Program-made: the position numbers and the translations under genes | Part shown: positions 58,839-64,000 of the stretch, in pieces | Layout: every line of letters begins with the position of its first letter | How positions within the stretch are numbered: the stretch's first letter is position 1 | NCBI GenBank assembly: GCA_934466455.1 | Contig: CAKSLF010000005.1 | Coordinates: 33,261 to 97,260 of the forward strand | Reading direction: 5' to 3' | Source: an uncultured Oscillospiraceae bacterium | Lineage (GTDB): Bacteria > Bacillota > Clostridia > Oscillospirales > Ruminococcaceae | DNA length: 64,000 nt | The notes under the pieces: model-generated | What the model was told of the DNA's origin: nothing | The model's input: the letters and a program-made list of their open reading frames with translations, nothing else | The model's database searches: none

Positions 58839-59303
58839 TTATTTTTTCAGCAGGTTTTTTCCGATTACAACAATTCCGGCGAGTATTTCGCTAACCGAAA
58901 TCCCCATAAGAATACCGGAAATAAAGTCCTTGACATCCGTGCCTCCGAGGGTGGCGGATATAGCACTGCAGGCAATTCCAAAAACAATAAGAAGAACTCC
59001 CTTATGCAAAACATTCTGCCGTTCAAGCTCTTGAGTGCGGCGCAAAAGGTCAAGTATGTGCTCGTCGTCATAACCCCGAAGGCTGTCCTCCGCTGCGTCC
59101 TCGCCGTCCATAAGCTCCGCAAGGGTTACGGAGAGAGCGGCGCAAAGCTGCTGAACTACGCTGTAATCCGGCATACATTTTCCGTTTTCCCATTTTGAAA
59201 TTGTTTTGTTGGATACGCCGATTTGCTCCGCAAGCTGTTCCTGAGTAAGATTTTTTTCCTTGCGCTTGTGCGCAATATAGTTTCCGATAGCGGTTTGGTT
59301 CAT
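58839..59303 (-). CDS. XRE family HTH regulator with a C-terminal transmembrane segment
   Basis: N-terminal HTH_3 (LTQEQLAEQIGVSNKTISKWENG) and a C-terminal hydrophobic stretch VLLIVFGIACSAISATLGG ... ILAGIVVIG. Confidence 0.75.
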   Translation of the reverse strand: MNQTAIGNYIAHKRKEKNLTQEQLAEQIGVSNKTISKWENGKCMPDYSVVQQLCAALSVTLAELMDGEDAAEDSLRGYDDEHILDLLRRTQELERQNVLHKGVLLIVFGIACSAISATLGGTDVKDFISGILMGISVSEILAGIVVIGKNLLKK

Positions 59304-59476
59304 TTTTGTGCCTCCTGTTTTCTTTGATGGCTCGATTATACCGCATTTTTATAAGCGAATACATCCCCCGACAGTATAATTTTGGCGGAAATAAGCAGAT
59401 TTCTTTGCGAAGAAGCCGTTTTCAGCCGAGAAGCGGCGTTCCTCAAAAATGAGAGGAACGCCGCTTTTTTTATATT

Positions 59477-59977
59477 CTATTCCGCAGTAACAATATCGGA
59501 GGTTTTTGCACGGGTAAGACGGATTAAATCCTCCGGCGCAAGTTCGATTTGCCTTCCGATTTTGCCTGCGCTTACCGTAACGGTTTTGAGCACGAGCACG
59601 GATTCGTCAATAACTGTGGGAAATGCTTTTTTCATGCCGAGAGGAGAGCACCCGCCGTGTATATATCCCGTAAGGGGCAAAAGCTCGGATTGCTTTATCA
59701 TCTCTATGCTTTTTTCTCCGGCGGCTTTTGCCGCTTTTTTTAGGTCAAGGCTGCCCGTTCCCGGTACGACAAAGACAAAATAGCCGCCTTTTGCGCCACG
59801 GGTAACAAGGGTCTTAAAAACCTCCTCCGGCGATTTTCCAAGCCGCATTGCGGCGGTTTTTACATCAAGAGAATCTCCTTCGCCGACAGAAAAGGCATGA
59901 GGAATATATTCCACCTTTGCTTTATCCAAAAGACGCATTACATTTGTTTTTTCATCGGAGCTTTTCACTGTGCTCAA
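59477..59977 (-). CDS. ybaK: YbaK/EbsC family Cys-tRNA(Pro)/aminoacyl-tRNA deacylase
   Basis: 166 aa. YbaK-type fold with conserved K and GGCSP-like motif (GYIHGGCSPLG). Confidence 0.8.
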   Translation of the reverse strand: MSTVKSSDEKTNVMRLLDKAKVEYIPHAFSVGEGDSLDVKTAAMRLGKSPEEVFKTLVTRGAKGGYFVFVVPGTGSLDLKKAAKAAGEKSIEMIKQSELLPLTGYIHGGCSPLGMKKAFPTVIDESVLVLKTVTVSAGKIGRQIELAPEDLIRLTRAKTSDIVTAE

Positions 59978-60804
59978 ACCTCCGTCATATCAAAATGCTC
60001 GCCGATAAAGGTGGAATAACCGAGATTTACGGCGTGCTCAACATCGTCCATGGAGCGTACCGTCCATGCAACAAGGCGTGCGCCGTAAAAGCGGCACATG
60101 GAAAGCCCAAGGCTTTTATCCGTAAAGCGATAGGAGATAAAATCCGGCTTTGCGATAAAGTTCGACATAAGGTTTGCAAGAGCCGTGTACATAAGCCGGT
60201 TTTGTTTGCCCTTCATCTCTTTGAAGTCGCAGCTTAAAAATCCCCTGATAAGCTCGGGGTGGTTTTCTCTGAACCAGCGCAGCACAAACGGGTTAAAGCT
60301 TACAACAACGATTTGACCGTCGTAGTTTTCAATAAGGTCATAGACCTTTTTGAGAAATTCTTCGTCGATTTCCGTGGAGTCCGTTTTAACCTCGCAGTAA
60401 ATCGGAACTCCGGCGCAAGCCTCAAGAGCCTCCGTAAAGGTGGGTATGCGCTCTTCCGTACCAAGCAGGGAAAGAGCCTTCAGCTCATCAAGGGTAAGGT
60501 CACGGACATTGCGCCCGTCGCCGCAGACCCTTTGCAGAGTTTCGTCGTGAAAAACAACAACCTCGCCGTCCTTCGTCGGGCGAACATCAAGCTCGACGGC
60601 AAGCTCTTTTTCCGAACAAAGGCGGAATGCCGCAAGGCTGTTTTCCGGTACGACTTCGTTGTCGTAACAGCCGCGGTGGCAGTACACCGCAGGCAAATCA
60701 AACCAACGAAACTTGCCCGGAGTTGTCATAAAGACAAAAACGCAGGCGCAGAGCAGGAAAAGTATGATTAAAATCAGCAAAATTGCTGTAACGGCGTCGT
60801 TCAT
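59974..60804 (-). CDS. glycerophosphodiester phosphodiesterase family protein (membrane-anchored)
   Basis: HRG ... E.D ... H GDPD catalytic motifs (YCHRGCYDN ... ELDVRPTKDGEVVVFHD). N-terminal TM helix. Confidence 0.8.
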   Translation of the reverse strand: MNDAVTAILLILIILFLLCACVFVFMTTPGKFRWFDLPAVYCHRGCYDNEVVPENSLAAFRLCSEKELAVELDVRPTKDGEVVVFHDETLQRVCGDGRNVRDLTLDELKALSLLGTEERIPTFTEALEACAGVPIYCEVKTDSTEIDEEFLKKVYDLIENYDGQIVVVSFNPFVLRWFRENHPELIRGFLSCDFKEMKGKQNRLMYTALANLMSNFIAKPDFISYRFTDKSLGLSMCRFYGARLVAWTVRSMDDVEHAVNLGYSTFIGEHFDMTEV

Positions 60805-62102
60805 CAGTCGTCACCCGCCGGAGCAAGTGCCTCCAGCTTATCCTGCGGCTTTACGGGTTTGCTGTCGCCGTGCTTTACATTAAGCAGCATCAGGAAAGAA
60901 ATACCCATTGCGCAAAGTGCATAGGGGAAGAGAACGGCATAACTCTTGAATACTTTTTCAATAAGAAAGCCCGCAAGCATAGGGGTAACTATCTGCGCCG
61001 CCATGGAAGCGGTGTAATAGTAACCTGTATATTTTCCTATATCGCTGCCCTTGCTCATCTCCCAAATTATCGGGAAGGTGTTTACGATTACGCAGGCATA
61101 GCCAAAGCCGATTATTACGAAAAACGGAATCATAAACAAGCCTGCGCTGCGGATAAAGGACATAACCAGGAAGCAGAACGCCATAACGCCAAGACCGAGG
61201 GTTATTGCTTTTTTTCTGCCAAGCTTTGTGGCGATTGCGCCGGAGGGAATATATGCAATAACGGAAGCAACGGTGGCAACCATAAGATAACTTGCAAAGT
61301 CGCCGCCTTTTGTGCCGAGATAGTTTGTCATATAAAGGCTGAAGAAGGTAGTTACGGCGTTATAGCCGACAAAGAAGAATGCAACGCAAAGAAGCATAAA
61401 GATAAGGCTCTTTAGAATGTCTTTTGGCATTTTTTTGCCTTTGGAAAGCTCCTCGTTAAGCTCCTCCTCGGTGCTTTCATAGCCACCGGTAGCTTCCATC
61501 TCCGCAACAAGCTTGTTTTCACGGATCGTCAGCACAAGAATAACAACGGCTGCCACCATTATTGCGGCTACAATGGCGAAAATCGGGAAATAATCCGGCT
61601 TGCCCTCCTTTGGAACGAGAAAAGCGATAAGCCCAAGGGAGATAACTGCGCCAAGCGCACCCATAAGATTGATTACGGCGTTGCCTTTGCTGCGCAAGGG
61701 TTTCGGCGTAACATCCGGCATAAGAGAAACCGCCGGAGAACGGTAGGTGGCCATGGAGAACAGCGTTACGCCAAGGCAAAGAGCAAAGCCAAGGAGATTT
61801 TTTGTTCTGTCAAACACGGGCAAAAGCAGCATAAAGCAAACTGCGGCTACGGTCCCCAAAATTATATATGGGGTCCGCTTTCCGAGCTTTGTATGAGTAT
61901 TGTCGGAAAGATGACCGAACAGCGGAAGCATAAACAGAGCAAGAATATTATCTATCGCCATAACTCTGCCGGTGGCTGCTTCGCCGATTTCGAAGGTATT
62001 GCGCAAAATAAGCGGAATTATGCTGTCGTACATCTGCCAAAAGGCGGAGATTGAAAGAAATGCAAATCCGACAAGAAGAGTGCGCTTATAATTAAGTTTC
62101 AT
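60804..62102 (-). CDS. MFS transporter
   Basis: 432 aa, about 12 TM helices with a central cytoplasmic loop. Confidence 0.8.
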   Translation of the reverse strand: MKLNYKRTLLVGFAFLSISAFWQMYDSIIPLILRNTFEIGEAATGRVMAIDNILALFMLPLFGHLSDNTHTKLGKRTPYIILGTVAAVCFMLLLPVFDRTKNLLGFALCLGVTLFSMATYRSPAVSLMPDVTPKPLRSKGNAVINLMGALGAVISLGLIAFLVPKEGKPDYFPIFAIVAAIMVAAVVILVLTIRENKLVAEMEATGGYESTEEELNEELSKGKKMPKDILKSLIFMLLCVAFFFVGYNAVTTFFSLYMTNYLGTKGGDFASYLMVATVASVIAYIPSGAIATKLGRKKAITLGLGVMAFCFLVMSFIRSAGLFMIPFFVIIGFGYACVIVNTFPIIWEMSKGSDIGKYTGYYYTASMAAQIVTPMLAGFLIEKVFKSYAVLFPYALCAMGISFLMLLNVKHGDSKPVKPQDKLEALAPAGDD

Positions 62103-62127
62103 CGGAGTATCCCCCTCTTAAAAAATA

Positions 62128-63009
62128 TCAGTCAACATCTTCAATAATTTCTTCCGGCGGCTGGTCAAGAATATCCGGGTGGCGGAAGATATTATCAAGA
62201 TATTTGAATGCGCTTGCATAATAATGACCGTCGGTTATACGCTCGTCGGTTACAACGGTAAAATCCACATATTTGTGTTTTTCAACGCTTCCGTCCTTTT
62301 GCAGCTCAAGCTCCGTTCGCTTTGCACCAAAGGTAACAAAAACCGGGCAGGTACCGAAATTGTAGAGATGGTGGTAGATTGGCGGAATACCGAGGGAGCC
62401 GAGGTTTGATACAAATACGCTGCAATGGAAGGGCGATGCACTGTGAACCGTTTTGGGCAAAAATCCAAAGTAGTCCATAAAGGTAAGCAGCGATACGACA
62501 AAGCGGAACAGAAGACCGGGAAGATAATTCATAAATCTTGCAACACGGTCAAAATGGTTGGAATCGCCCTTCCTGCGGGCAACTTCAATAGCTTCGTCAA
62601 CTGCTTTATAGACATCGTCGGCAGTGGCATTCGGCTGAAGAGTAACCTTGATTGCGGATTCCTGAGCATTAAGGTCGAGGGATTTTTTTACCATCATGCT
62701 AAAGGTTATACCGTCGGCATGATAAATTCGCTGACCGGCAACAAAGCGGTTAAGACCGGGCTTTTGAGAAATCATTCTGACATATGCGGCAAATACTACA
62801 TGCAGAAATCCAAATCCGGAAAGCCCGTCTTCACGGCGTTTTTTGCGTATGTAGTTTTCGATGCGTCCCATTTCTACGGAGGACTTAAAAAGGTTTTGAG
62901 AATCGTTCCTTGTTTTCATAATAAAAGGAACGACATAAGACATCGGCGACAAGGAGCGGACACGATAGCCATCATAACGGTCGCCGAGGCGTTTTTTCCT
63001 CTTGTTCAT
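62128..63009 (-). CDS. 2-oxoacid dehydrogenase E2 / CAT-like acyltransferase catalytic-domain protein, stand-alone
   Basis: C-terminal region TDERITDG aligns with the E2/CAT DHRxxDG motif. About 290 aa with no lipoyl or subunit-binding domain. ATG at 63009 with AAAGGA RBS. Confidence 0.6.
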   Translation of the reverse strand: MNKRKKRLGDRYDGYRVRSLSPMSYVVPFIMKTRNDSQNLFKSSVEMGRIENYIRKKRREDGLSGFGFLHVVFAAYVRMISQKPGLNRFVAGQRIYHADGITFSMMVKKSLDLNAQESAIKVTLQPNATADDVYKAVDEAIEVARRKGDSNHFDRVARFMNYLPGLLFRFVVSLLTFMDYFGFLPKTVHSASPFHCSVFVSNLGSLGIPPIYHHLYNFGTCPVFVTFGAKRTELELQKDGSVEKHKYVDFTVVTDERITDGHYYASAFKYLDNIFRHPDILDQPPEEIIEDVD

Positions 63010-63183
63010 AAAAAATTCCTTTCTGCGTTTTCGCATATTATTGATATTATTATAACAAATAACAGGCAGCAGCGCAAGAAAAACGCCAAAATTATGAGGA
63101 AAACAAAGCAAAAACGCCCCATGCTCAAACAGACAGAATGAGCACGGAGCGTTTTTGCTTTGTTGTATAATGAAAAGGAGAGG

Positions 63184-64000
63184 TTATTTTCCGTATACGG
63201 AGGGAGATTTTTGAGTAACGGTTTTTGCGCTTGCGCCGCCGACATTAACGGAAGGACTTCCGTAATATTCAAGGCCGCCTGCGCCGTTAATATTAGCTTC
63301 AAGCTTTTCTGTGCAGGAAATTTCGGCGTTGCCCGCCCCGTTGACGGTTACAAAGGCTTCCTTGCAGATAAACTCCTTGGCGTCAAGCTCGCCTGCACCG
63401 TTAAATACGGCGGAAAGCTTGTTTGCCGTGCCGGAAATATCAAAATCAGCAGCACCGATTACCGTAATATCAAGAGTATCAATATCAATTCCGGTCATTT
63501 CGGCGTCAACGCCGCCGGTTATATCAAGAGTAAGGCTGTCTTTTGCGCAGCCCTCCACAAAAAGCTCGATTCCGCCGGTAATTCTTATGCTGTCGCAATT
63601 TGCATAAACAACAGCCTCAAAGTCGCTTGTGCGGAACTGGGTCGCCTTTTCTGCGGAAAGGCGAATTTCGCCGTCCTCGGCGGCTGCATAAAAGCCGTAA
63701 TCATCAAGGTCGCTTTGATATTTGAGCACAACGCAGTTTTTATCGGAGGGAATAATTTTGATATAGGCTTCGCCGTCATCTTTGAAAGAGAAGGACAGAC
63801 CGTCGAGCACCACAGAGGTTATTTCCTTTCCGTCGGCGGGATAAACGGTCTTTTCCGTAACTTCGCCGGAGAGGCTTACAATGCGCCCCGTAATTTTTTC
63901 GGGGTCAACATTGTCGATTATTTTATGAACGCCGTTGCGTAAGCCGTCAACAACGGCGGAGCAGCTGCTCATAGTAAGAATTATTGTCAGAGCGGCAAGT
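63184..64000 (-). CDS. DUF2807 / head GIN domain-like putative adhesin (beta-helical repeats), 5' end beyond the window
   Basis: Repeated GxxxxxxxGAG... segments (ISGTANKLSAVFNGAGELDA ... VTVNGAGNAEI ... ANINGAGGLEY). The ORF stays open to the window edge, with a signal-peptide-like LAALTIILTMSSCSA. Confidence 0.6.
   Translation of the reverse strand, partial: LAALTIILTMSSCSAVVDGLRNGVHKIIDNVDPEKITGRIVSLSGEVTEKTVYPADGKEITSVVLDGLSFSFKDDGEAYIKIIPSDKNCVVLKYQSDLDDYGFYAAAEDGEIRLSAEKATQFRTSDFEAVVYANCDSIRITGGIELFVEGCAKDSLTLDITGGVDAEMTGIDIDTLDITVIGAADFDISGTANKLSAVFNGAGELDAKEFICKEAFVTVNGAGNAEISCTEKLEANINGAGGLEYYGSPSVNVGGASAKTVTQKSPSVYGK

Overview
The window is a chromosomal segment from a Firmicutes/Clostridia-type genome, roughly 50-55% GC judged by eye. 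Most of it is housekeeping content in conserved operons: deoB; ruvC-ruvA-ruvB-glmM; ecfA1-ecfA2-ecfT-truA-ribF; rpsO-pnp; rimP-nusA-ylxR-L7Ae-infB-rbfA-nrnA-truB; hflX; rpiR-baiN-like-cmk-ispH/rpsA; murC; spoVG; hrcA-grpE-dnaK-dnaJ-prmA preceded by a CIRCE element; gltX-glnS; several transporters. I found no rRNA or tRNA genes, no CRISPR array and no transposase. Accessory-looking content is concentrated at about 34.7-39.9 kb, between ispH/rpsA and an Fe(3+)-type ABC transporter. It comprises three things. First, a small XRE repressor transcribed divergently from a lower-GC two-gene cassette of unknown proteins, one with a Cys-rich N-terminus; the cassette promoter is immediately followed by a perfect 24-bp palindrome. 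This is the best candidate for an undescribed module. Second, an amino-acid ABC transporter. Third, a solo ABC/AAA_21-like ATPase whose 3' end has been tandemly triplicated as a 170-bp repeat. Other notable structure: an ~820-bp tandem duplication giving two nitroreductase paralogs plus a dead 5' copy of hflX; a GAGCAC-armed palindromic element family that recurs in intergenic terminator-like hairpins and once in-frame inside the rsuA-like gene; repeat expansions in the IF-2 N-terminus; and an apparent CTG start for ruvC. Many long ORFs in the six-frame track are antisense shadows of real genes and were rejected.
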